Shown here: in pieces, positions 50,413 to 64,000 of the stretch
Numbering within the stretch: the first letter of the stretch is position 1
Layout of the letters: the number at the start of each line of letters is the position of its first letter
DNA from: Squalus acanthias
Taxonomy: Eukaryota
DNA length: 64,000 nt
Assembly (NCBI GenBank): GCA_030390025.1
Contig: CM059446.1
Coordinates: 51,894,001 to 51,958,000, forward strand
Direction: 5' to 3'
Made by a program: the position numbers and the translations under genes
Notes under the pieces: model-generated
What the model saw: only the letters and a program-made list of their open reading frames with translations
Database searches by the model: none
What the model was told of the DNA's origin: nothing

Positions 50413-50953
50413 TAAAAGTATTACAACTTTGAGGCAGCAGTTATTCGAGTTTAACAATTTATATGAAATTAAGATTCCTAAGAAAAACACATGCATCTTA
50501 AAACAAAGTTTCAATTTTTTCCTCCTCTTCTCCTGAAGGAATTAGGGTATAGTTCCAGGGTGCTGGAGGCCTCCTGGTTCCTCCTACAAAGGACCATTCT
50601 TTATGCCTCACTCTAAACAGCAAGCGTCAGCTTGCTATTCAACAGTGCAGAGCATCAGAGTGGGCCCTGATCCTGTCCTTATCCGATATCCTTAGTCACT
50701 ATCCATTGAGTACAAGAGTAGGAGGATTGATTTTTTTCTTCTCTAGCCCCAGAGCACTGAAGCCAATTGTAGCAGCTAAAATGCTGTCTTGGCTGATCGA
50801 CTGGGGATTGAACTGGAGAACATCTGGTCTGTTTGGTTCAGTATCACACTACATGGTACATTTAACCTTTCTGAATCAATTTGGCATTTCAAGCTAATTT
50901 TGTTGCACCCTGGGAATGAATACATGTGTACATTTCATTTTAAAACAACTCAC

Positions 50954-51137
50954 CGCAGCGCACTGTAGCCTTGACAGACACTGATGCAACAAAGGACCTT
51001 CTCCTGATTGGCTCGATTCTCTCCAAGATATTTGCAAACAATGTTTCCACCCAGACTGAAACCCACAACAACCAGCTGGGTCTGAGGGAAGGTTTTCTTT
51101 ATGTAATTTACCATGGCGCCAAACTCCCATGTACAAC
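50954..51137 (-). CDS. ABHD2: ABHD2 coding exon, 184 bp (nucleophile GxSxG motif)
   Basis: Boundaries ttttgtag|GT...CG|gtgagt. Encodes (G)CTWEFGAMVNYIKKTFPQTQLVVVGFSLGGNIVCKYLGENRANQEKVLCCISVCQGYSAL(R). Confidence 0.98.
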
Positions 51138-54100
51138 CTACAAAAAATAAATTCATGTTTAACTTTCAAAGCAATAAAATGACTGACGGTAAAACAGATT
51201 TTAAAATAATTTGCTCAAACATTTAAATCCCCAGCCATTGTATTTTGCCAAGTTCTTCTACAGATTCTGCCATCTGTGCTCTGGCAATCTGACAAATTTA
51301 GAAGTGTAAATAGTATTCTTAAACAGGTTAGAAACCATGAACGTTTTAATGAAACCCATTAGTTGTCAGAATTATAATACTGCTTTTGTCTTGGAAATTC
51401 ACTTTCAAGGGGTTTTTGATTCCACTCATTACGGGTGACCGAAAAACCACATACCATTATGGACAGCTTGTGTTCCAAATCTTTTGGCGCTGTACTAAAG
51501 TTGGAAGCTGCACACAGCAGAACCTAGTTTTGCAGGCCTGATCTTATCCACGTTAATTTTGAACAAATATTTTCCCCGTCAATGTGTAAGACAGGTCAAT
51601 ACATTCTGGAATTCAAAGATTTCTTACTCCACATTGAAGGCTGCGCTGCCGACAAATGACGGTTCTGTAGTTTAGACAAGTGTGCATTCTGCAGAGGCTA
51701 ATCGGTACAAGCACATATGTAGTTGTTAAAATATCAATGTAGAATAAACACAAAACTCCGACAACTCACTGCAAAGTTGTGCACATACTTTCTTCCAGTC
51801 ACGAACAGAGTAACTGTGTCATCATCCTTGTGACAGTCATGCAATATAAACTGATTACTTTAAAAAGACTTAAAAACACAACACGCAACTTTTGAGAGAT
51901 ACACATGCAACCATGCAAGGAGAAGGATATTAGTCAAGCACTAAACTTTGTTGGAATACACCAGACTGTCTTTCCAATTTCAGAGTGGGCATACAGAACA
52001 GACTGATGGACCCGCTAGAAATCTGCATGAAGTCAGCTGGACAGACTTGCACTGAGAGTGCCTTATCACATCATTGAAATGAATGGAAGTGTTTCACAGA
52101 GTGAATAACTTTTTTGGAGTGCAGTGACCATTTTGTGGGTAAACACGACAGCTGTTTAGTACCAACAATACCTTACAAAGCAATGAGGGGCTAATCTGTT
52201 TTTGGTGACATGTGTTGAGAATATTTAAGAATGTTGACAAGGGCACTGGAAGATCTCCCTGCTCTTCCTCAAATACTGTCATGGGATCACAAGATAATTA
52301 CAGATGAGGAAGGCCATTTGGCTCATCTTGGTACATCCGTAACAACCCTAAAGTCATCCTCCCACCCCCACCCTCCTCCATGCTCATCTTTAACCTCCAC
52401 CCAAACGATGTGACATCAGTTTAACATCACATTTAAAGAACAGAATTATTCTCTTGACCCAGAGGCGACAGTACTACCAACTGAGCCAAGGACTTTCCCT
52501 GTGTATGAATGCAATAACTTGATTAAGGACAACTTGTCTTGTGGAAATGATGCAAGTGCATTTCTCTCGAGTCATCAACTCCCTTCTCATCTCGTTAATC
52601 TGGTTATTTAAAAAAAAAATTGAGAACCCGGCCAAGGCCCATAGAGCAGGACACCATCAGAGTAGATGAGGAAGGAAATCAAATGCCAATGGCAGTAGTT
52701 GAGATTTGAAAACATGATAAGAAGAAGGGAAGACTAAAGTAGATAAGGAGTTCCTAAGTTTTGAGTTTCTAGAAAACAGTAGAGTCGGAGATGGTGTGAT
52801 GAGTCTTGCTTTTTAAATCAGTGAGGATGCAGGGAGAGGAACAAGTACATAACGCCCTCAGTGCCTTTTCTTTTGCAAGTGATTTATTAGCAAAGCATTC
52901 AACCGTCGCTGTGTGTGGGAAGCAATTATCAAGAACATTTATGATTACAGTTTCTCTCCCATCCCCCACAGCAATAGGAAGCAATTCTCAACAGCTATGG
53001 CAGTAGAATCAAGTCTGTTCAGCCATTAGCCACATAGCACCAAGCCTAAGGGGATGGGTTCCAACAGAACATTGGGGTGAGGGAATGGATTCAGAACAGG
53101 TTCGTGCACTTGTGTGGCCAATTTCTTTCCACCTCTTCCAAATCCATTGACTCATGACGTTGCCCAATTTCACCGCCACCTTCCAGTGCCTTGTCAAAGT
53201 AGCCACTCTTGAAAGGAGTGCAGTTCACAGTCACAATGACAGAACAGTTATGTAAAATCTAATGTACTGCAAGAAAAATTAGTGTATGAAATGGGCATGT
53301 GTTCTGAATTTGTAACAAAATCAAAGGGCTCTGATGGCAAACTACTCAAAGCTTTGTAGTTTATATCAGAATCTTTCAATTATCCGGAAGCTTTGTAACA
53401 TAGCACATACCCAGCTGTTTTTAAATTGTAAGTGCAATGTGCTATTTTATTTGATCTTATGCTCATCCACCAGCATTGTGTTGGAAGGCTGTATATTTAC
53501 ACCTATCTGCTCTCCTGACACCTGTAATAGAGATGAGTGCATTTTTCCTGGCGGGGGAGGGTTAAAATATCTGAAAATGGGAGGGTGGGGGCGAGTCCCA
53601 AATTGGAATTGCATTGTAACTTCAAAGGCAGGACTTCTCTTCCCCTACTTCTCATCAGCAAGACCAGTGAACACAACAAAACTACATCAATAACCTGTTG
53701 AGATATTTCATTAGCATTTGGCTAAATGAATCTGGACAAAGCACGAGTAGGCTATTGAAATGTTAATTTTTATTTTTTTTAAAAAGCAGAGAAAAAAAAG
53801 TATTAAATCAATCCCAAGAAACAAAAGAAGCTGGTAGGACTTTGAAATGCAGAAATATCTGCAGAGAACAAAGCGGAAATGAATTACGCTTCAGGCATAA
53901 AAGAGATCGGGCATTACCCTTCCATTCAACTACTCTGCTCCATGTCCAAGCTAAGATTTTTAGGCCAGTTCATTGCCAGTAGTTATTACTCATTTGATTT
54001 ATGAAATAATACACAGCTGAATTTTAATCTTAGTAATATTACATTTATTCAGACATTAAGTTACCTCTGGCAGTATTGTTAAAAAATGTAGTGCGAGACA

Positions 54101-54344
54101 CAACTGACTAAACGGATGGGCTGAAACTTGAATGATTAATTAAAGTTCATCCTTCCATTGTTTTGATGCCGAGTTTGATGACTGCACTGAAATCAAGGTT
54201 CAAACAGATGTGAAACCATAGGGGCTTTTCAACTGATGGGGTGTTGCCAGCAGTGGAAGCACTATAATTAGATGGCTCCAGCACCTGACAATAAACCACA
54301 CCTCCAGTGGCACCTAGGATTCAATTATTCCTGGATCTCAATAG

Positions 54345-54628
54345 AAAGAAAGACAGACTTGCATTTATATAGCGCCTTTCACGATCACTGGATGTCCCAA
54401 AGTGCTTTACAGCCAACGAGGTACTTTTTGAAGTGTAGTCACTGTTGTAATGTAGGAAATGCGGCAGCCAATTTGCGCACAGCAAGCTCCCACAAACAGC
54501 AATGATCAGATAATCTGTTTTAGTGATGTTGATTGAGGGATAAATATTGGCCAGGACACCAGGGATAACTCCCCTGCTCTTCTTCGAAATAGTGCCATAG
54601 GATTTTTTATGTCCACCTGAGAGCAGAC
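54345..54628 (-). mobile_element. Deu-domain SINE, 3' part
   Basis: Close match to 12208-12490 and 24627-24905. Confidence 0.88.
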
Positions 54629-55134
54629 AATTGTTGTCAAAGGCCTAGAAAACATAGGGCTCTTTCCCATTAGCTTTTCAATCATTGGTGAGAATGCGGG
54701 TAAAGTTTAAAAAAAGGGCCCTCGGCCTTCACTTGGTGCCCATGCACTCAAAAATATTTCATGTTTCAATTTGCACCAGCATACATGCAGCACGGATCTG
54801 ATATTAGATCAAATGTGGCAGTAATCACATCTCCATCTCCTTACAGAAACACAAGGCACTTGGATTCATATTATCATGATCTTTTTGCAATTCTAATCAA
54901 CTTGCAATCACACTGCAGATTTACCACAAATGCAAAACTTCAAACCATAACAGTTACAATAACCGTCTCACTTTAAACAGTGACTGTTATGTACCAATCA
55001 AATTTTGGAGTTAAACCATGCTTTTTAAAAAAAAAAATAAAGAGAAACCTAGGTTAAGAACCACGGGTCACATAATGCAGGACACCAACAAGATTGAAGA
55101 GGTAGAAAGAAAAGGCGGCAAGTAGCACTGGCTG

Positions 55135-55800
55135 GTATCGCAGATGCTTACAGCACAGGAGGAAGTCATTTGGTCTACCGTGTCCGTGCTAGAGCAATCC
55201 AAAACTAATGCATCCTTCGCTTTCTCCCCATTGTCCTGTATCTTCCACTGCTGCAAATATTTATCTACTCTTAAAAAGATTCTCAGCCTATTCACCCTAT
55301 GAAATCCTTCGTAGTTTAAAAAACCTCTATTGAATCTCCTCTTAGCCCTCTTTATTGCAGTGGAAATAGTCCCAGTGTCGCAAGTCTCTCCTCAACTACA
55401 GTTCCCCGGATATCATCCTGGCAAATTTATGCCGTACGCTTGCTACAATTTTAATGTACTTTCTATAATGAGGTACCCAAAACTGCACAATATCACGTGG
55501 CCTAACCACGGCCGTGTACAAATTTATCATTCCTTTGCTGTTTGTGTACTCTATGCCTGATTTCTAAAACCCAAAATGCTACTTATGGTTTGATCTACCT
55601 GCATTCGCACTTAAGGAATTATGTCTTTGAATCCCTTGATTTCTTTTTGTCTACACCCTTTAATTTCCACTCCTCATTTGTCCTCCCAAAATGCGTAACC
55701 TCACAATTCTCTTTGCCAAACTCCATCATAATTATGTCTTGCTAAAAATCACTTACAGTCCTTGTCCTCATTTTCCAAGCTCCCTACTTTTGGGTTAGCA
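55135..55800 (-). mobile_element. Old decayed CR1 fragment (a similar one lies at ~59790-60290)
   Basis: Residual CAGCACAGGAGGAAGTCATTTGG...AAAACCTCTATTGAATCTCCTCTTAGCC...CCAAAACTGCACAATA, colinear with the CR1 3' end. Confidence 0.55.
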
Positions 55801-58744
55801 ACCAACCTTTGGGCTTTAAAAGCCTGGAGATTGTAGGAGAAAGGGAAGATGGAGGCATTCTTCTGGGAAAGAATAAATTAGAGTAGGAGATTAGATTGCT
55901 GCAATGAGTTTTAATTTCAACACTGAGAATGCAATAAGGACTAAGAACATGCAGGGCAAAAAAAAGTTCACAGGAGCAACACCCATCAATAAAATATAGA
56001 CAAAGAAGATTGTGAAAGGTTGTGGAAACACCGCCTTCAGAATCCTGTCAAGGAGGGGAAAAAATATCTCCCATGTGTTGGAGTATTCAAGTTTTGTGTG
56101 GACTGGGGCTTCTAAAGACAGTTTTATATTAGGAGATGTTGTTAACAGTGGCACCCACCCCTCCCCCTCCAACAGTATTCAAATATAAAGCTGGCAACCT
56201 CTGGAGATCCAACAGCGTCAGACAGCTATATTTTTGTGGCGAGTTGTCATCAGATCTCCAATTACCTCTTACCGCAGAATTTCTTTCATGACCGTCAGCA
56301 TCAACAAAAAGGAAAAAGAGGCACACAGAGGCCATGGGTCTCCATTTAAGCTTCACGCACCTGGGACCACACATGATTTAATATAAAACTTCTTAGAGAA
56401 GTAAGAATATATTCCTTTGCAGTTTTACATGGAGCTCTGAAACAAATTTACAACAGGAAAAAAACTCACACTATGCAGATCCTATGCTGATTTAAATAAC
56501 AAACTCAACAACCAGAACACGTGCAACGCAGTTGGGAGCAGCACCGAGTATAAATTCTAGGGGTTGTATGCAGTTTGGACAATCTTGAAAAGGTGAATAT
56601 AATCTCAAGGAACATGAAATATAACCCGAGCTTTCATGAACTCTATCTCAAAGCATTGTTGGCTCCCTGTTGTGCATCAAGATTATATACATTACAAAAG
56701 ATACTGAACCAACAGAAATAGGCTGTAAGTTTGCTGCTACTGTTTTATCACGTTCCATTACACCATTTTTAATTGCTAACACATTTCCACTGTTGCTGTT
56801 TGCCTACATCAGCTGTTAGGAGTGTTGGCTGCAAGTTACATGAAGCCAGTTGAACTCTTCCCAAAAAAAAGGCTAAACAGCAGAAAGCAATTATAAAAAA
56901 AGGAAGCAAAGACAAACCAAGATTTGTATTTAACTGTCTGCTAGCTCTTCTTACCAAGAAAGCACAAACATACAATAAAGTATCGCTAAAGGTGGTGCTT
57001 ATTTTATTTAGGTATTCACTGATGATCTCTGAACACTAATTTTGCACTATACAACAATCAAATTCACGTCAGTGATACATACACATATTTTTCCTCTAGT
57101 TTTTGTCCCCATCTCTCCTGAAAGTTCTAACTCTAACTCCTCCAAATAGCACTCTATGTATGAGCCTACACAGGTGAGCACAGGCAGATTATTCTACCAT
57201 GGGAGGGAGCAGAGCAATTCTCTGTGGGGAAGTCAGAGCAATCCTAATCTGATCTTCAAACATCACGCATAGGCACTTTCCAGTGGGACAGCAGTCAGGT
57301 TAATAAATCCTGCCCGATTTCACCCCACCCCCTTCCTACTGCACTGACACCGAGGCCAATTGTTACACCCTTACCACCGGGTGCCCCAGCTGAGATTATC
57401 GCACCCGGGACAGACTAGGGAGGGAACTTCCGCCAGACCTTCCTGATCTGTACAGCTCAGCTCGACACTGGAATTTACCAGCTGAGCTACGGGCAAGGCT
57501 ACCAGAAGATTGCGGCCACATGAACCTGTGAAAATCACCCAGTTGCCCAAAAATTACCCCTGCTTCACTCCCCAACCTTTCCCTCAGTTCTCACCCAATA
57601 ATGCTGCTGCTGCAAGGGATTAAACTGCACACAACACCAAAATCAGAAATCCCTTGCCATAGTCTGCGGCTGTGCTTAATTTACCTGAGTAGCAGGTAGG
57701 AGCTGCAAATGTGGGTGAGGAGCCAATCAGGGAAGACTCATCAGGAAACTGGGATTAGAAAGGACAAGGGAGGTAAGTGGCCAACAGAATGAACCGGGTG
57801 ATGGGGAGGGGGGAGGAGGTGGTAAGAGAAAGGAGAGGGGAAAAAAAAGGTACCAGCGTAAACTAGGAGTTTGGGCGGGCGGGCGGAGGGGTGAAGAAAG
57901 AGAAGAATGGCTCCATCAACTGGGAAGAAAAGGGGAGGTTTTCTTTTTAGAAAGCAATTTAAGATGTAACAATTCTAAAAGAATTTAAACAAATCGGATT
58001 TAGTAGTAAAGAGTACAAATCCACAACTAATTTCTCCACAAGAAACTGAAAAACACTGCAATTTTTAACTACACTAGACCTGGCACTGGAGGAGCATTAC
58101 AAGAAATTATACAGAGCAACGTCATATATTGTTTATCGTTAACAGTCTTATCTGTGCTTTCACTGTGGACTATGGACCTTATTTTAGCAGCACCCAAACT
58201 CACTGTAGGAGGTAAGTAAACAAGATATTAGTGCTGTATTAAATGTGGGCTTTCTGGCAAATGCAATGAGCCACTGAAAAGGTTAAACTACTTTCTTTTT
58301 TTATTGCACTACATTTATTTTATGCACAATCCAAGTAACAGAATGCTAGTTGTACCATCTAAATCTAGCATGAAACACAAATAGAAATTAACATTAAATC
58401 TGTGGGAAAAATGACACCATGGCAATAGCACCTTCTGTCCAGTACATGAAGTTCTTACCACAAGAAAATCTGCCTCGCCGCTACATAATTACCTTTAAAA
58501 AAGGCACAATGGTACAGCTATTTAAAAACCTCCTTTCATCGAGGCTGCTCCAATGTCATCACTGAAGGGAAGGCGACATTGGAGTCTCCGAACAATTTAA
58601 TGGGACCCACTTTGAACAGCCCTAAGAATTGATCCAGAGACACCAAACTCCCAAAAATATGCTCCTGGCAAAGTAGACAGTATACGAGTTGGTTATATCT
58701 CACCAGACAGGTGGCTCTGGACCACCTCTCAGGCCAGTTTGAAG

Positions 58745-59140
58745 TTGTAGCGCCCAATTCACCGTGGCTGCAGTGTGTACCATCTACAAGATGCACTGCA
58801 GCAACTCGCCAAGGCTTCTTCAACAGCACCTCCCAAACCCACGACCTCTACCACCTAGAAGGACAAGGGCAGCAAGAGCATGGGAACACCATCACCTCCA
58901 AGTTCCCCTCCAAGTCACACACCATCCTGACTTGGAAATATATCACCGTTGCTTTGTCGTCGCTGGGTCAAAATCCTGGAACTCCCTCCCTAAAAGCAGT
59001 ATGGGAGTACCTTCACCACACAGACTGCAGCGGTTCAAGAAGGTGGCTCACCACCACCTTCTCGAGGGCAATTAGAGATGGGCAATAAATGCTGGCCTTG
59101 CCAGCGACGGCCACATCCCAGGAACGAATTAAAAAAAAAT
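58745..59140 (+). mobile_element. CR1-like LINE 3' end with open ORF2 C-terminus
   Basis: ORF 58764..59075 ends ...AGSKSWNSLP...LQRFKKVAHHHLLEGN*, followed by a short 3' UTR and A-tail. Confidence 0.85.
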
Positions 59141-59521
59141 GAAATGGTACTATTCCAGGATTCAGGCTATCAGTGACATCACCAGGCCGCACAAAGGCTG
59201 ATTACGCTTCCGTGAAGCGGCTTAGGGTGTTTTAATACGTTAAAGCACTATATAAATGCAAGTTGTTGTGCAAGTGAAGTAGGACTGAAATTTCTAGTTT
59301 CCACTGGAATAGAAAAATGTAGTTTTTTTTAAAAAAAAGGTTAAGGAACCTTATGACAAAAGTTTTGTTTTACATAAACATTGGCAGATTACTTTTGATC
59401 AAAGACGGTTTAGTTCACCTGTAGTTATGTCCATCACTGTGCAGTATGCCCCATGACCATCACTGTATATTATACTTTTCTCTCCTACTCACAAAAAAAT
59501 TCTGAATGAAAATTTCCTTAC

Positions 59522-59689
59522 CGTACGTAAACATCCGAGGAGAAGTGAGCTCAATGTTCGGCAATGCACCAAGATGGTTGAGAACAGCACACCGGTAGCC
59601 ATGCTTCTGGGCATAGTCAACAAATGTTCGGATGTACTGCTTTTCACTGTGATTGGCTATCCCAGGACAAATTACCATAGTAATATCCT
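59522..59689 (-). CDS. ABHD2: ABHD2 coding exon, 168 bp
   Basis: Boundaries ttggccag|AG...TAC G|gtaagg. Encodes (E)DITMVICPGIANHSEKQYIRTFVDYAQKHGYRCAVLNHLGALPNIELTSPRMFTY(G). Confidence 0.98.
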
Positions 59690-60637
59690 CTGGCCAACAT
59701 AAGAAAATGGTGGCATTAACACAAAATACAGTGAATTTCATTTAAACATCAAGTTCATGGTCATTTTATCCAATGTCTCAATCTTTTAATGGAAGATTTT
59801 TGTTTAAAGCAGGAAAAGGCCATTTGGCACAACCAATCCAATCCAAACCCTCTTTCACCTGTACACCACCTCATTATTTCCCTCAAATTCTTCTCTCTCC
59901 AAACATGTACTCATTAGCACTGTACAATTCAATGTCCTGCTCCAGTAAATTATTCCACAATTCTAGTACCCCTTGGATGAAAATATTGTGCTCAACTTCC
60001 CTTCTTACTCTAACTTAATTTTTATGATGTGTTCCTGGTATTTGACTCTGCATCAATGAATAATTTGTCTGCATCAACTTTGTCAATTTCCTTTTTAACC
60101 ATGTAAACCTCAAGTCAGTCTCCTCTTTTCTAAAGCATGCAAGCCCAATTTCATTCAACTTTCCTTATGATTTAAATTCCTACTTTTATTTTTATGAAAC
60201 TTCTGTATCCCCAAGACCAATAATACCTCCCTTGATTAGGTGACCAGAATTGTATGCAGATGTGGCCTGACCAATGCCTTATAAAGCACTGTGCATCAGC
60301 CTAGCATTCACATTCTATTTGCCTGTAGGATGCAGCACAGCGAGCTGAATACTGTCCTCGCCCAACGTCCACTTTCCACAAGGGTCGCTAGATAGCTAAC
60401 AGGAGCAGGAACGCGTGCCAATTTCCCCTCACCTTCCCCAAACCCAGTTGTGCAGAGGGCAATGTAATGCCCTTGCTGCTTCTGCAGCAGCGATCAACTA
60501 ACTAAACAGACTGCAAACTGATCCTGGTATCTTCCTGCCTTCACACCCATATACGGAAGAATGACAATTCTATGAAAGCTTAATTACAATAATCTTCAGC
60601 AAATTTCCATTCAGCCACACTTGGTTGTTTCACTTAC

Positions 60638-60813
60638 CTCCAGTGTTATGCTCTGCCAAAGGTTCAAAAAGATCCCACGTAGCAGTCGCCCCATCAGGCA
60701 TAGAGAGATACTTGCGGAGACCATAGGGATGAGGAGAGCTTACACGCCCCATTTTACCATACAATGCTGTCTGTACGTGTCCACTCTTTCCCCAGATCAG
60801 GGGTGGGATGTAT
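60638..60813 (-). CDS. ABHD2: ABHD2 coding exon, 176 bp (the start-codon exon appears to lie beyond the window)
   Basis: Boundaries gtttttag|A TAC...GGA G|gtaagt. Encodes YIPPLIWGKSGHVQTALYGKMGRVSSPHPYGLRKYLSMPDGATATWDLFEPLAEHNTG. Confidence 0.98.
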
Positions 60814-63800
60814 CTAAAAACAGATTTCAAAAGTACTGGTTACATAATAATATAAATCAGTAAGTCACTTCAAGAGTGCATGATTCTTCACCCCCTTTTC
60901 TTCCATTACAAGACCCTTCTCCAATTCCTTCCTGCCTCCCCTCCAAACCAAAGCCACATACCTCTGCTGCTGAAAGGGTGCTGTAGGCAGCACTAATGTT
61001 ACTTTTATCCAGTGACATCCCACTGGAGTTTTAACCTTCCCTCCCTCGCCCATCACAGTAGCTGCAATAGAGAATTCAGCAGAGACCCTACAAAATAATC
61101 CTAAAAACATTGCATACATGTCCTTATTTTTAATATTTGCATTTCTTCAGTTGCCGCTCAGTAAGTTTTTAATTAATCTTTTATCTTAATTCTCCTCCTT
61201 GTTACACTGATTGCCTAGTTCACTGGGAAAGTTTTGCAGTCATCTATATGCTGTGTAACACTACTACTGTTGGTCCATAAAAATCTTCTGTTAGTTATCC
61301 TGATTAACCAGTGAGGCTGCAGGACTTCAAACCAACAAGACTGCAAAGCAGTATGAATCCACTGGATGGAGGGTCAAAAAATTACTTGACTCTTCAGAGA
61401 ATGCTATTCATTATCAAAATCTGATCAGCTACAATTAAGCCGAAGAGCAATTCTTGTAGTCAAAACTATCTCTGGTTCCCAGGCGCCGTTTACGTGCAGC
61501 AGTGGCAACGTATGAAACAGTCGGCACACATTAAAATCAGATTTCTTTGGGAAACCACAGTGACTGATATGGCGTCTTATATATGCGAGTCCATTTTTTG
61601 ACTGGAAGTAGAGAGGTTGCTTTATACATGGGTTTCCTTATGTATGTATAGTACTGCAAATATTTCCACTGTGACCAGAAAACAATGAAGTCAATAGCAC
61701 TCGGGATGGGACTTACTCTTCAAACCAATGACTGAACAAATGAAAACCATTCTTAACTCTTCAGGTGAAGTGACAGCCTCCCATATGAATCAGCGTTTAC
61801 ATAATTTTCTGGCCACTACTTGGTTACTTGGCAATTTCAACAGCACCTCCATTACAAAAATTATACAACACATAAATCAGGTAACATTTAGTTTTTACAT
61901 GAAACATCTGAATCAAGTTACAGTATCAAGCACCATTTGTTGAATCAGCTTAAATTCAGGTCACAAGCACTGTACGTCAGACTATTTTAGACCTAATAAC
62001 AGCTTCTGTCTTCTGGAGTCTTTAATTTGTGCCATACTTTGAGGACATTATCCTCTACCTCACTAAATAATAGATGATGAATTATGCACTGTTGACAGAA
62101 GTAATGCAATTAAGGTTAAGTTAAAACACAACTGCAGTGCTGTCCAGTTAGGTATATCTTCTAATTTCCTTGCACTGAGCCCACATGAGGCTCCATTCAG
62201 TATAAAATGAAGTAGGATTGGCATGTAATTGTTACGAGTTATACTGCTGGCTCCCATGTCATACTTTACTCATGGACAGCACAGGTGTACTCAACTGCTT
62301 ATGAATGTAGATTCAATTTTAATGTTAGGAGAGAGTTGATTATTTGCTGGCTGCCTATTATTAAAAAAAAATCAAACTTAAAAGTTTGAACCCCAATTAC
62401 CTTGGACCCAATGTAAAACACAAGGCCAGCTCCTGGGAGAAGTCTCGCATCTCTTGCCATAGTGCAGTCCGCGGTCAAGATTGTTGACTAGATTGAGAGA
62501 TATAATCAAATAAAAACAGAAAATGCTGGAAATATTTAGGTCAGTCAGCACCTGAACAAATGGGGTGATGTTTGGGTGGAGACTCTTGAGTTTTGCATCC
62601 TGCTGCATTATTTGCAACATTTTCTGTTTTTATTCCAAATTTGTGCCATTCACTATTTATCTTTTCAGTTATATTAAATGCTTTGTATCAATATGCATCC
62701 AAAACCATTTCCATTCACAGAAAAGCAGTACTATAACTGCCCATTAAAATCATGGCCGATCACAACAGAAACAACTTTGAACAAATATATTAGTTGGATG
62801 ATAAACTACTACAGTAATTACACAGCCAGGGCTGTCAAGGGTTAAGTCACCAAGGGCAGCATTAAAATGTCATTTTGTCCAAAATGTTATGGGATTTAAA
62901 AAAAACTGGAACAAGCTCTTTAATTATAACCGGATTTGAAGGTTAAACAGGAAATCATTTTATGCACTGCAAAATACACAATTATAAGCATATAAAGTTA
63001 ATGGGAAAGGATATTAAAAATTCAGTCAGGCGTGTGGGACTGTGTTGAACAGTACTCAAGGATCACAAAGCTCAGTGACCCCTCTCCTCCTTTCATAAAA
63101 CCTAAACATAAATGGGGTTGAGGGTGAACAAGAAATCAAGGTTTCAGATTTTACAGGGGATCAGACTCGGATTAAATGACAGCATTATTAAAGCTTTACG
63201 TCCAATAGAGACCTAAAAGAATACAGTGAGATTCTGCAGGGTGTCACAAACAAAGATTTAATATGGTGAACCTGTAAATACTGCATGGCCTTAGAATAGA
63301 AAGAATATACACCTTTAAGAGAACATCTCGTTTCTCAGGAGCATACAAGCCAGAACTAGCTCCTGCATTATTTTACTTGTGGCGAACACAGGCGTCAACA
63401 TTAAAAAATTAATTTAAAAATGAACTACTGTAAAATGAGCGAGCGTTATGATTTAGGAATACGGTCATATTTGAGAGGAAACTGGTGTTAAAATTAAACT
63501 AGAATTACTGGTGATCATGATGCAATGATTGATTTCAGTAAAGTCTAATGGTAGCGCACAAAATTTTCATACCATGTCCACCGAACCTGTGGAAATACAC
63601 CCAGCAATATAGTTACAAATTTGCTCCTTGTAATTTTGGGTAATTTCTGGAGCATTTTGCACTGCACAACAGCAGAGTTACAGGTCAGCCATTGCTGGTG
63701 GTAGCATTTTGAGGTGGTGAATGTGTAACATTCCACAAGAAAATGTACTGGCTTAAATGTAATTTTACAACAGTGTATGCTACTGACACACAAAAGCTTA

Positions 63801-64000
63801 ACAACGCTTGTATATTAAGACAGTTTATACATTATTCACCTAGGTTAATTCAACCCAGACTCAGGGCTATGGTTGGTTTTCAATTGTAAATGATGATTGC
63901 ACATGTATCTAATGTGCAATATTCTGTTAAAGCTCCGAGGACCCATCGTTGTTCACATTCGCTCAGTCTCTACCCCTTCTCGAGAGAGGTGTAGTAGGCA

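Overview
Eukaryotic (vertebrate) genomic DNA, most likely from a shark or other cartilaginous fish judging by its repeat content. The window holds the 3' parts of two convergent, intron-split genes. On the + strand are the last four coding exons of RLBP1/CRALBP (1742-6848). On the - strand are eight coding exons of ABHD2 (60813 down to the stop at 31837), probably followed by a very long (~10.7 kb) 3' UTR. This tail-to-tail order matches the human ABHD2/RLBP1 arrangement. All exon boundaries were read by eye and are GT-AG with continuous phase. The rest is intronic or intergenic DNA filled with CR1 and L2 LINE fragments, Deu-domain SINEs, a second (AmnSINE2-like) SINE family and several MITEs. 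Most of the supplied short ORFs are noise. The most notable non-coding signals are: (i) minimal hammerhead-ribozyme motifs in short Penelope-like insertions, one with an intact core at 50328-50364; (ii) a nested, hairpin-rich Harbinger-like element sitting in that insertion's target-site duplication; (iii) two young, inverted copies of a TA-flanked MITE bracketing the last ABHD2 coding exon; (iv) an inverted SINE pair in the putative ABHD2 3' UTR; (v) unexplained CpG-rich, exon-like segments between the two genes. Repeat family names come from recall, not from a database search, and repeat boundaries are approximate unless a TIR or TSD is given.
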